A DNA stretch of 47,389 nt, from the NCBI GenBank assembly GCA_001803795.1, contig MHEK01000082.1:1-47389 (forward strand). Direction: 5' to 3'. The notes under the pieces were generated by a model. That model worked only from the letters and a program-made list of their open reading frames with translations. It made no database searches and had not been told where the DNA came from. Positions 33,771-41,931 of the stretch are shown in pieces (position 1 is the stretch's first letter; every line of letters begins with the position of its first letter). The DNA is from Nitrospirae bacterium RBG_16_64_22. Lineage in GTDB: Bacteria; Nitrospirota; RBG-16-64-22. The position numbers and the translations under genes are program-made.

Positions 33771-34139
33771 ATGGTGTCGGTATCGGGAACCCGGTTCTAC
33801 TACAAATCGACCTGAAACGCCTGCCGCAGAGCGAGGAGTTTCCTTGCCAAGACGGGCGCGAAGTATGAAGAGCGGGATATGGCGAAGACCCCTCCGAACG
33901 AGGACGAAGTCCGGGAACTGGTCGGCAATCGTCCCATCGAGCAGTTCCTGAATCCCCGGTCGGAGATCTTTCGGGAGCGGCGGATGAAGGAGAACCCCCC
34001 CAGCAAGGAGGAGGCGGTCAAGCTGATGGCGGGGGACGCCAACCTGATCCTCCGGCCGATCCTCGTGCGCGGGGCGCGGATCCATATCGGTTTCGAGGGG
34101 CTGCGGGACGAGCGCGCCTATCGCGACCTGATCGCCTGA
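33771..34139 (+). CDS. Spx/ArsC/YffB-family redox protein with in-frame TGA (candidate selenocysteine, U-N-A-C)
   Basis: ATG 33771 (GAAGGAGG upstream) opens MVSVSGTRFYYKST-TGA(33813-33815)-NACRRARSFLAKTGAKYEERD, in frame with the 86-aa track ORF 33879-34139. The TGA aligns with the first Cys of the Spx CxxC (..SCTSCRKARAWL..). Confidence 0.65.
33824..33855 (+). other. Candidate bacterial SECIS hairpin
   Basis: Upper stem gcgagg/ccttgc with loop aguuu, lower stem ccg/cgg. It starts 8 nt after the TGA. Confidence 0.35.
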
Positions 34140-34145
34140 CGACCC

Positions 34146-35216
34146 ATGGCCGCGCGAATCGTCTTCAACGAGGCGGTCGATGACCAGGTCGTGAACCTGA
34201 TCGCGGCTTGCGGCGGCTCGCCCAACGCCGACCTCGTGAAGGACATCATTCACACGGCCCTCCGGGCCGTCATCGACGGAACGGACCGGGGCGACCTCAA
34301 GATCCTCTCCCGCTCCCTCCGCGAGCTCAGGTACGCGTTCAAGGTCTTCGCGCCGTACAAGGACAGGCGGAAGATCTCGATCTTCGGCTCCGCGCGGACG
34401 AGCGAGGACGAGCCGATCTACGCCTACGCCGCCGAGTTCGGCCGGCGGATCGCCGACGCGGGGTTCATGGTCATCACGGGCGCCGGGGAGGGGATCATGG
34501 AGGCGGGTCACCGGGGGGCCGGCCGCGACCGCTCCTTCGGCCTCAACATCCGGCTCCCGTTCGAGCAGGCCCCCAACGAGGTGATCGAGAACGACCCCAA
34601 GCTGATCCTCTTCCACTACTTCTTCACGCGGAAGCTCTTCTTCGTGAAAGAGGCGGACGGCCTCGTCTTTTTCCCCGGCGGGTTCGGCACCAACGACGAG
34701 ACGTACGAGTCGATGACGCTCGTCCAGACGGGGAAGAGCGAGATGGTCCCGCTCGTCATGCTCGATGTTCCCGGCGGGACCTACTGGCGGGAGTGGGAGG
34801 GGTTCGTGAGCGACCACCTCGTCCGCCGCGGGCTGATTGCGCCGGAGGACCTCTCCCTGTTCACCGTGACCGACTCGATCGACGCGGCGATCGGCGAGAT
34901 CGAGCGTTTCTACCGCGTGTATCATTCGTCGCGCTACGTCCACGACGCGCTGGTTCTCCGGCTGACCGCGCACCTGCCCCCGGAGACCGTCGAGGCGCTG
35001 AACGATTCCTTTTCGGACATCCTCGCGGACGGGCGGATCGAGAGCGCCCACGCTTTCCCGGAGGAGGCCAACGAGCCCCAGACGTTCCACCTGCCGAGAC
35101 TGGTCCTCCGTTTCAACCGCAAGAGGTTCGGGAGGCTCCGACAGCTCATCGACGCGGTCAACAGGGCGCCCGTGACGCCCGAAGCACACCACGCGGTCCG
35201 GACGCCGGGGGCATGA
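34146..35216 (+). CDS. LOG-family (TIGR00730-type) nucleotide phosphoribohydrolase with C-terminal extension
   Basis: ISIFGSAR, VITGAGEGIMEAGHRGA, PGGFGTNDETYE (PGGxGTxxE). Confidence 0.8.
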   Translation: MAARIVFNEAVDDQVVNLIAACGGSPNADLVKDIIHTALRAVIDGTDRGDLKILSRSLRELRYAFKVFAPYKDRRKISIFGSARTSEDEPIYAYAAEFGRRIADAGFMVITGAGEGIMEAGHRGAGRDRSFGLNIRLPFEQAPNEVIENDPKLILFHYFFTRKLFFVKEADGLVFFPGGFGTNDETYESMTLVQTGKSEMVPLVMLDVPGGTYWREWEGFVSDHLVRRGLIAPEDLSLFTVTDSIDAAIGEIERFYRVYHSSRYVHDALVLRLTAHLPPETVEALNDSFSDILADGRIESAHAFPEEANEPQTFHLPRLVLRFNRKRFGRLRQLIDAVNRAPVTPEAHHAVRTPGA

Positions 35217-35220
35217 AGGC

Positions 35221-35388
35221 CGGTGAATGGGTGAAACGGTGAATGGGCGAATGGGTGAATGGACAAGCACTCAGCCGTCAGCGATCAGCGGTCAGCAAGA
35301 ATGGAATACGTCTCTTGAATTGTGCTGAAAGCCGAAAGCTGAATGCTGACTGCTGACAGCTATCGGTGAGCGCGTGAATCGGCGAAGC
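35221..35388. repeat. Composite array element: GGTGAAT units, GGTCAGC units, spacer, inverted GCTGAC units, degenerate GGTGAAT units
   Basis: cggtgaatgggtgaaacggtgaatgggcgaatgggtgaat...tcagccgtcagcgatcagcggtcagc...gctgaaagccgaaagctgaatgctgactgctgacagc...cggtgagcgcgtgaatcggcgaag. Confidence 0.8.
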
Positions 35389-35396
35389 TGGAGCGT

Positions 35397-36959
35397 ATGA
35401 CGACACACCGCGCTGGCGGACAGAACTTCCTCTCTCCTGAGCCGGAGGTCCGCCTGACGAAAGCCTTCCCCAAGGCGTTCCGGAACGCCGTCGCCGCCGC
35501 CCAGACCTGCTACTCGTCGAAGGGGATCGTCGACGACGACGGCGTGGCGCCCAGGTACGCCGACCTCGCGCGCGAGATCTACCGGGCGGGGCACCACACC
35601 GTTTTTCAGCACGCCCATTTCCAGTTCGCGCTGTCGGGAATCTCCCGCCACTTCATCTGGAGCTTCCTCCACGCCCATCCCTTCTACAACTCGGAGCAGG
35701 TGAGCCAACGGTATGTTGAGGTCAAGGCGGGGTCCGCGGTCGTGCCGCCGCTCGCCGGTTCGGCGCTCCAGCGGTACATGGAGACGGTTTCGTACCAGAC
35801 GGAGGCCTATCGGAAGCTCACGGACCTGCTGGTTCCCGTCGTGGACGCGGAGTTCGCGAAGCGGTTTCCGCGCCGGCGGAAGGGATTCGAAAAGGACGTC
35901 CGGAAGAAGGCCATGGAACTCGCGCGGTACGTCCTGCCGGTGGCGACGACGGCCTGCCTCTACCACACTGTCTCCGGCATCACGCTCCTCCGGTACCACC
36001 GGCTTTGCCGCTCGTTCGATGCCCCGCTGGAACAGCGGATCGTCGTGGAGAAGATGGCGGCGGCGGTGCTCGCCGCCGAGCCCGACTATATCCACGTCCT
36101 CCAGGAGCCGCTGGCCCTGGAGGAGACGCCCGAGTACCGGTTCTTTGCCTCCCGGTCCGAATGGGCGGCTCCGGAGACGCGGCGCGCCTTCCTCCGGGAG
36201 TTCGACGAGGCGCTCGACGGATGGACGTCGAAGCTCGTCGATATCAAGCCGGGAAACGAGGCGGTCCTGGCCCGGGCCGTCCGCGAGGTCCTCGGCGTGC
36301 CCCGCGCCGCCCTCTCGAACGAAGAAGCGATCCGGCTGGCCCTCGATCCCGCCGTCAACCGGCTCCATGGAGAGACGCTCAACCTGTCGAGCGTCTCGAA
36401 GCTCTCCCGGACGCTCGTCCATCCCGGCTACACGTTCCGGAAGAAGATCTCCCTCACGGCGGACTCGCAGGACCAGCGCCACCGGATGACGCCGGCCTCC
36501 AGGCCGGTCCTGACGGCCCACCTGACGGCCGAACCCGACGCGGTGACGCCCGATCTGATCCGGACGGACGACCGGACCTCCCGCCTCTATGACGAGACGA
36601 TGGCGGTGACGTGGGAATCGATCGACGCGCTCCGGCGCGAGGGGATCCCCGACGAGTTCGTCCTCTACCTTCTCCCCAACGCGGCGGCTGTCCGGTACAC
36701 GGAGTCGGCCGACCTCATGGGTCTCCGGCACAAGCACGCCATGCGCCTGTGCTACAACGCCCAGGAGGAGATCTGGCGGGCCACGCTGGACGAGGCCCTT
36801 CAGGTCCGCGAGGCGAACCCGCTCATCGGGAAGTACCTCCTTCCACCCTGCGCGCTTCGAGAGATGGCGGGCGCCCATCCGATCTGCCCCGAAGGCGCGC
36901 GCTACTGCGGCGTCAAGGTCTGGAGGCTCGGCCTGCACGAGTACGAAAGGAAGATCTGA
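35397..36959 (+). CDS. ThyX-like (flavin-dependent thymidylate synthase family) protein, tandem-domain form
   Basis: ThyX-type motif remnants: SRHFIWSF...NSEQVSQRY in the first half and DSQDQRHRMT in the second half. At 520 aa it is about twice the canonical ThyX length. Confidence 0.5.
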   Translation: MTTHRAGGQNFLSPEPEVRLTKAFPKAFRNAVAAAQTCYSSKGIVDDDGVAPRYADLAREIYRAGHHTVFQHAHFQFALSGISRHFIWSFLHAHPFYNSEQVSQRYVEVKAGSAVVPPLAGSALQRYMETVSYQTEAYRKLTDLLVPVVDAEFAKRFPRRRKGFEKDVRKKAMELARYVLPVATTACLYHTVSGITLLRYHRLCRSFDAPLEQRIVVEKMAAAVLAAEPDYIHVLQEPLALEETPEYRFFASRSEWAAPETRRAFLREFDEALDGWTSKLVDIKPGNEAVLARAVREVLGVPRAALSNEEAIRLALDPAVNRLHGETLNLSSVSKLSRTLVHPGYTFRKKISLTADSQDQRHRMTPASRPVLTAHLTAEPDAVTPDLIRTDDRTSRLYDETMAVTWESIDALRREGIPDEFVLYLLPNAAAVRYTESADLMGLRHKHAMRLCYNAQEEIWRATLDEALQVREANPLIGKYLLPPCALREMAGAHPICPEGARYCGVKVWRLGLHEYERKI

Positions 36960-37008
36960 TGCCGGGAGGATCGAAACCCGTCAGAGGGCTGAAAAACTTT
37001 TAACCGCG

Positions 37009-37124
37009 AAGTGCGCCGCAATCCCCGCCCCTTGGGGCGGGTCAAGGCGCGCGAATGCAAAATACCTCCAAGCAACTTAGAGGCCGGAGAATCCCCGCCT
37101 TTCAAGGCGGGGTTCTTCAATAGG
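37009..37124 (+). terminator. Conserved two-hairpin 3-prime element (copy 2) with an extra hairpin nested in the first loop
   Basis: AAGTGCGCCG[caatccccgccccttggggcgggtcaag]GCGCGC-GAATGCAAAATA...CTTAGAGGCCGGAGAA-TCCCCGCCTTTCAAGGCGGGG-TTCTTCAA. It lies 50 nt after the thyX-like stop. Confidence 0.55.
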
Positions 37125-37561
37125 ACCCTCCCCTTCAAGGGGAGGGTTAGGGCGGGGATGGGGTTGGGTCCGTGAAAGGCCAGACGAATAAGCTCATTGC
37201 CGGCGGGAAACTCCAACGCACATTGCGAAAGAACATGACGGAGGCGGAGCGCCGGCTTTGGCAATGCCTCAGGAAGGAACAGATGCGGGGCATGAAATTC
37301 CGCCGACAACATCCGTTTGGGGACTTCGTTCTTGATTTTGTTTGTCTTGAGGCGAGGCTTGTTGTGGAAGTCGATGGTGGTCAACATCTTGAGCGGAGGG
37401 AGATCGATCTTGTCCGCTCAAGGTTTCTCGAAACGGCTGGGTTTCGTGTTCTCAGATTTTGGAATCATGAGGTCTTGCGAGATCCGGAGGCGGTTGCAAG
37501 CGCGGTATGGGAGGCGCTGGGAAACCCATCCCCACCCCGCCCCTCCCCTTGAAGGGGAGGG
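37125..37561 (+). mobile_element. DUF559 gene bracketed by ~40-bp inverted repeats (candidate small mobile unit)
   Basis: Left: accctccccttcaaggggagggttagggcggggatggggttgggt. Right: aacccatccccaccccgcccctccccttgaaggggagggt, which is the reverse complement with few mismatches. The ORF fills the space between them and its stop lies inside the right repeat. Confidence 0.5.
37172..37552 (+). CDS. DUF559 endonuclease-domain protein (Vsr/restriction-endonuclease-like fold)
   Basis: LRKNMTEAERRLWQCLR...FRRQHPFGDFVLDFVC...LVVEVDGGQH...D..R...L...GFRVLRFWNHEV matches the typical DUF559 pattern. GTG start. Confidence 0.8.
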   Translation: MKGQTNKLIAGGKLQRTLRKNMTEAERRLWQCLRKEQMRGMKFRRQHPFGDFVLDFVCLEARLVVEVDGGQHLERREIDLVRSRFLETAGFRVLRFWNHEVLRDPEAVASAVWEALGNPSPPRPSP

Positions 37562-37688
37562 TGTTGCAAGAGTCCCTTCTCAAAGAGATGTCCCTTTTGA
37601 CAACGTTGCGGTCGGTACGGGGGGAGGCTCGTCGATACACGACCCTTCGGCGTGTACTTGGGCCTACGTGCCATGCTGGAGGAAAGAC

Positions 37689-38243
37689 ATGACGAAGCGC
37701 GTACTGGTGCCGCTGGCGGCGGGGTTCGAGGAGATAGAGGCCGTATCGGTGATCGACATCCTCCGTCGGGCCGAGATCGAGGTCGTCGTGGCCGGCCTGG
37801 AGGAAGGCCCTCTGGCCGGGCGGACGGGGATCCGTCTCGTTCCGGACGCTCTTCTCGCTGACGTCGCGGACCGGGAGTTCGACATGGTTGTCCTGCCGGG
37901 AGGGCTGGAGGGAACGCGGCGCCTGGCCGCCGATCCGACGGTGAAGAGAGTGCTCGCGAAGATGATGGGCGCGGAGGGAAAGTTCGTCGGCGCGATCTGC
38001 GCCGCTCCCACGATCCTGGCCGAGCACGGCCTCGCCGTAGGGCGGCGCGTGACGAGTCATCCGACCGTCCAGGAAAAGATGAAGGACACCGTTTACGATT
38101 CGTCGCGCGTCGTTCGGGACGACCGCCTGATCACGAGCCGGGGAGCGGGAACGGCCGTCGAGTTCGCGTTCGCCCTGGTGGAAGCCCTCCTGGGGCCGGA
38201 GGCCGTCGCCCGGGTCAACCAGGGCGTGCTGGCGCGACTGTAG
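37689..38243 (+). CDS. DJ-1/PfpI/YajL-family protein
   Basis: Start ATG 37689 with GGAGG 6 nt upstream. VLVPLAAGFEEIEAV, nucleophile elbow GAICAAP, ITSRGAGTAVEFA. Confidence 0.85.
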   Translation: MTKRVLVPLAAGFEEIEAVSVIDILRRAEIEVVVAGLEEGPLAGRTGIRLVPDALLADVADREFDMVVLPGGLEGTRRLAADPTVKRVLAKMMGAEGKFVGAICAAPTILAEHGLAVGRRVTSHPTVQEKMKDTVYDSSRVVRDDRLITSRGAGTAVEFAFALVEALLGPEAVARVNQGVLARL

Positions 38244-38260
38244 TTCGAGTTTTCCCAGTC

Positions 38261-39340
38261 TCAGGGTTTCCCCGTTTCTCCGTTTCCGCCTTTCTCGCCT
38301 TCCGCCTCCTGGCTCCACTCACGCCACAGGGTGAGGGCGATGGACAGGAGGAGGGGGCCGAGGAAGAGGCCCAGCAGGCCGAAGGCCGCGACCCCGCCGA
38401 TGACGCCGAAGAAGACGAGAAGGAACGGAATCCGCGTGACCCGGCTGATGACGAGGGGGCGCAGGAGGTTGTCGATCGTGCTGACGGCCGTGACGCCCCA
38501 GATCAGGAGGCCGATCCCCTGCCACGTGCTCCCCTGGGCGATGAGCAGGGCCGACACGGGAAGCCAGACGAACGGCGCCCCGAACGGGACGAGGGCCAGG
38601 AGGACGGTCGCCGCGCCGAGGAGGGCGGGAGCGGGCACGCCCGCGGCCAAGTAGCCGATTCCGGCGAGGGTCCCCTGGGCGACGGCCGTGAGAAGCAGGC
38701 CGTAGACGACGGCCCGGACCGTCTCCGCCGTTGCGTGGATGAGCGGCCAGCGCGGCTCCCCGATGAAGCGGTTGAAGACGCGGCGTCCCTGCTCGACCAG
38801 ATCGTCCCCCCAGCGGAAGAAGAAGAACGCGACGAAGAGCGCGGCGGCGCCTTCGAGGATGTTCCGGCCGACGTCCCCCACCAGGCCAAGGATCCTCTTG
38901 GAAGAGCCGGCCATTTCTTCCCCGAGCCATGCCTGCCATTCCTGCGGGTCCGACCAGATCCGGTCGAGGATTCCGCTCAACCACTCTCCCAGCCACGGAA
39001 GACCGGCGAGCCACCCGGGGAGAGCGGGCTGGGGGCCGGCCAGCCAGGACTTGAGCCCCGCGTAGAGGAACGTGATTTCGTGCGTGACGGCCCAAGCGAG
39101 GAGGAGGATCGGGGCGATCACGAGGGCGACTAGGAAAAGGGTCATGCCGATTGCCGCCCAGGTCTCGCCCACGCGGTTTCGCAGGCGGACGAAGACGGGC
39201 CACGAGGCGGCCGTCACGATTCCCGCCCACAGGACCGGGACGAGGAACGGGCGGAGGACGAGATAGAGCCCGAGGAGGAGGGCGACGAGCGTCGTCCCCC
39301 AGACGACTTGTCTCACGAGTTCCGATTCGATGCGTCTCAA
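38261..39340 (-). CDS. AI-2E family transporter (PerM/UPF0118)
   Basis: 359 aa, about 8 TM helices, with the typical FGLLGLFLGPLLLSIALTLW C-terminal helix. Confidence 0.85.
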   Translation of the reverse strand: MRRIESELVRQVVWGTTLVALLLGLYLVLRPFLVPVLWAGIVTAASWPVFVRLRNRVGETWAAIGMTLFLVALVIAPILLLAWAVTHEITFLYAGLKSWLAGPQPALPGWLAGLPWLGEWLSGILDRIWSDPQEWQAWLGEEMAGSSKRILGLVGDVGRNILEGAAALFVAFFFFRWGDDLVEQGRRVFNRFIGEPRWPLIHATAETVRAVVYGLLLTAVAQGTLAGIGYLAAGVPAPALLGAATVLLALVPFGAPFVWLPVSALLIAQGSTWQGIGLLIWGVTAVSTIDNLLRPLVISRVTRIPFLLVFFGVIGGVAAFGLLGLFLGPLLLSIALTLWREWSQEAEGEKGGNGETGKP

Positions 39341-39353
39341 CGCGGGATTCCCC

Positions 39354-40076
39354 TTAGCTGTCGGCGAACGCGGCCAGGTCCTTGACGACGGCCTCAGCGG
39401 CGACGTCGAGGAAGCGTTTTCCGTGCTCCGGCCGGGCGAGGGAAGGGTCGGAGAGCATCCGGCCGTCGGGGAAGATCTCGCGGAATCTTTCGGGAGAGAC
39501 GGGCCAGGGGTAGCTGACCGGCTCCACGCGGCACCCCGGGATCTCTCTCACCCGGTCCGGGTGGAGATGGGCGGTGAGCGACACCTCCGACGGCGTCGCG
39601 TGGTGCCCTTCGCGGCCGCCGAACAGGGTCCCGGCGAGTCCGGTGATTTCGGGGAGCAGCCACCAGGACGCGATCTTGAACGAGGCCAGGGGGCAGTCGG
39701 AGAGGATGGACGAAAACGACGCGCCCAGCGTCGGCGTGTTTCCGCCGTGCCCATTCACGACGTAGAACCGGCGAAAGCCGTGACGGTAGAGGGACGAGAC
39801 GATGTCCTTCATCAAGGCGAGAAGGGTCTCGGGCGAGAGCGAGATCGTTCCGGGAAATCCCATGTGGTGGTGCGACATCCCGAACGGGATCGTGGGAGCC
39901 ACGATCGTTCCGGCGCGGGCCCCAGCCTCCCTGGCGATCGCCTCCGCGGCGATGTGGTCCGTTCCCATGAGGCCGTTCGGGCCGTGCTGTTCGGTGCTTC
40001 CGATGGGAACGAGAATCGAGTCTTTCTGCTTGAGATAGCTTTCAACGTCGGCCCACGTCAAGAGCGCGAGAAGCAC
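39354..40076 (-). CDS. Creatininase-family amidohydrolase
   Basis: ILVPIGSTEQHGPNGLMGTDHIAAEAIA, VVNGHGGN. Confidence 0.8.
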   Translation of the reverse strand: MLLALLTWADVESYLKQKDSILVPIGSTEQHGPNGLMGTDHIAAEAIAREAGARAGTIVAPTIPFGMSHHHMGFPGTISLSPETLLALMKDIVSSLYRHGFRRFYVVNGHGGNTPTLGASFSSILSDCPLASFKIASWWLLPEITGLAGTLFGGREGHHATPSEVSLTAHLHPDRVREIPGCRVEPVSYPWPVSPERFREIFPDGRMLSDPSLARPEHGKRFLDVAAEAVVKDLAAFADS

Positions 40077-40123
40077 GGTTCACCCCTCCGAAGCGCGAAA
40101 CGTCCGGAACAAATGAGAAATGA

Positions 40124-40262
40124 AGATTGAAAATTGTAAATTGGAAATTGGAAATCGCAAATCGAGAATCCGGAGCGCAGGTATTTGCGCGGCGCCATGC
40201 CGCTTCGCCTGCTCTTTGAATTTACAATTTGCAATTTACAACTTACAATTTCCAATTCTCTT
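40124..40262 (+). repeat. AT-rich heptamer-array element B3
   Basis: gattgaaaattgtaaattggaaattggaaatcgcaaatcgagaatc - GC core - gaatttacaatttgcaatttacaacttacaatttccaattctc. The left end matches the B1 left end. Confidence 0.8.
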
Positions 40263-40955
40263 GGTTCTCAAACCCTGTGTCAGCCGCTCCGCGACGTCGG
40301 CCGTCAGATCGGCGATGGATGGAATAACGTCGTCCGCGTCCCGGAGCGACTCGGCCGGATAGGTGTGGGCGACGGCCAGGACCGGCATTTCCGCGCGCCG
40401 GGCGGCTTCGATCCCGGCGTGGGAATCTTCAACGACCAGGCATTCCTCCGGCTGGAGGACCGATCCGCCCGTCTCGCGCTCGTTTATCTTGGCAAGCGCC
40501 GTGACGAACCCTTCCGGGTCCGGCTTGCCGGCCGACACGTCCTCGGCCGCGACGACGACGCGAAACAGGTTCCGGATTCCGGCGCGCCCGAGGATGTCGT
40601 CGATCTCGCTCCTGAGCGCTCCCGAGACGACGGCGAGCGCGTACCGCCCCGACATCCGCCAGACGGCCTCGGCGGCGCCCGGATAGAGAACGTTGTGTCC
40701 CGCGACGTGGGCCGTGTAGTAGGCCGACTTGCGGCCGATCAGGTCCGCGAGGTCCCCGTCCGAGAGCCCCCGCCCCGCGGCCAGGCAGGCCGCGCGGAAA
40801 CACCCCCGGTCGTCGTATCCCAGGTACTCGCCGTAGTACTTCTCATGCGTGAGCAGAATCCCTTCCTCGCCCAGGACGCGCTGGAACATGAGGAAGTGCA
40901 CCTCTTCGTCATCGGCGAGGACGCCGTTGAAATCGAAAATGATCGCTCTTGGCAT
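40236..40955 (-). CDS. HAD-IA hydrolase (beta-phosphoglucomutase/phosphatase-like)
   Basis: Start ATG 40955 (MPRAIIFDFNGVLADD, DxD motif I), VVSGA, AGKPDP, VVEDSHAGIEAA. The last ~8 codons and the TAA stop lie inside element B3. Confidence 0.8.
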   Translation of the reverse strand: MPRAIIFDFNGVLADDEEVHFLMFQRVLGEEGILLTHEKYYGEYLGYDDRGCFRAACLAAGRGLSDGDLADLIGRKSAYYTAHVAGHNVLYPGAAEAVWRMSGRYALAVVSGALRSEIDDILGRAGIRNLFRVVVAAEDVSAGKPDPEGFVTALAKINERETGGSVLQPEECLVVEDSHAGIEAARRAEMPVLAVAHTYPAESLRDADDVIPSIADLTADVAERLTQGLRTKRIGNCKL

Positions 40956-41058
40956 GGCGGGGCGTATAATGCCGTCCGCCTTGCGGGCGCCGCAAGGAAT
41001 TTCTGCGGACGGAGCGCCGTCTCCTTCTCCTTCGCGGGCCCCGGTTCCATTTGTTATG

Positions 41059-41153
41059 CCTTCCCCCTCAGGGGGAAGGTCGGGATGGGGGCGGGGTTCG
41101 ACTGGCGGAACAATCCCATCCCCACCCTGGCCCTCCCCTTGAAGGGGATGGGA
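41059..41153. mobile_element. ORF-less miniature of the DUF559-flanking inverted repeats (MITE-like)
   Basis: ccttccccctcagggggaaggtcgggatgggggcggggtt - ~12 nt - aatcccatccccaccctggccctccccttgaaggggatgg. Both arms resemble 37125-37169 and 37522-37561, with no gene between them. Confidence 0.5.
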
Positions 41154-41211
41154 TAAAAAAAGGAGGCCAAGCAGCCGTGGTGAAGAAACTCGATCGCATG
41201 GAAGGGCTGGG

Positions 41212-41850
41212 ATGAAACCGATTGTCGAGACGTTTCCCGTTGGTTTTCTCGAAGTAAATTGCACGATCGTCGGTTGTCCCGAAACGCGCGAGGCCCTCGT
41301 CATCGACCCGGGGGACGAGGCCGAGAAGATTCTGGCGGCCCTTGGAAAGCACAGGCTCCGGGCCGTCGCGGTCGTTCTGACGCATGCCCACTTCGACCAC
41401 CTCGGGGCGGCCCGCGAGATTCAGGAGACGTCGGGCGCCAAGGTCTACATCCACCGGGAGGACCTTCCGCTCCTGGAGAACCTCACGGCGCAGTCGAGGT
41501 CGTTCGGTCTTCCGCCGCCGCCTCCGCCGGAGATCGACGGGTTCCTCGCGGACGGCCGGTCGATTCCGTTCGGGCGTCACGATGCAGTCGTGATCCATAC
41601 GCCGGGTCACTCGCCCGGAAGCGTCTGCTTTGCGGTCCTGGCCCTCGGCAAGGTCCTCTTTTCGGGCGATACGCTCTTTCGCGAGGGGATCGGGCGGACG
41701 GACCTCTGGGGGGGCGACGCCGAGAAGATTCTCCGCTCGATCCGCGAACGCCTCTTCTCCCTGGACGACGAAACGATCGTCGTTCCCGGCCACGGGGAGA
41801 GCACGACGATCGGACACGAAAAGGCGCACAATCCGTTCGTCGGGCAGTGA
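41212..41850 (+). CDS. MBL-fold metallo-hydrolase (glyoxalase II-like)
   Basis: THAHFDHLGA (HxHxDH), HTPGHSPGS, GDTLF, VVPGHG. Confidence 0.85.
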   Translation: MKPIVETFPVGFLEVNCTIVGCPETREALVIDPGDEAEKILAALGKHRLRAVAVVLTHAHFDHLGAAREIQETSGAKVYIHREDLPLLENLTAQSRSFGLPPPPPPEIDGFLADGRSIPFGRHDAVVIHTPGHSPGSVCFAVLALGKVLFSGDTLFREGIGRTDLWGGDAEKILRSIRERLFSLDDETIVVPGHGESTTIGHEKAHNPFVGQ

Positions 41851-41851
41851 G

Positions 41852-41902
41852 CCGGTGAATCGGTGAATGGGTGAGTCGGTGAGTCGGTGAATCGGTGAAT
41901 CG
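41852..41902 (+). repeat. GGTGAAT octamer array A5
   Basis: ccggtgaatcggtgaatgggtgagtcggtgagtcggtgaatcggtgaatcg. Confidence 0.85.
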
Positions 41903-41931
41903 AAGTCCCTTGCTGTGATAGAATTCCCCCT

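Noticed and set aside
33717-36938. 517-aa and 548-aa minus-strand ORFs opposite the Spx-like, LOG and ThyX-like genes
   Set aside because: They have no recognisable motifs, begin inside repeat arrays, and lie antisense to genes with clear family signatures.
37317-37688. N-terminal extension of the DJ-1 ORF (track start 37317)
   Set aside because: It overlaps the DUF559 gene and its right inverted repeat. A start at 37689 has a good SD and gives the canonical DJ-1 length.
40956-41303. N-terminal extension of the HAD ORF (track start 41303)
   Set aside because: The extension is translated from the MITE-like inverted repeat (PLQGEGQGGDG...). The HAD DxD motif begins right after Met at 40955.
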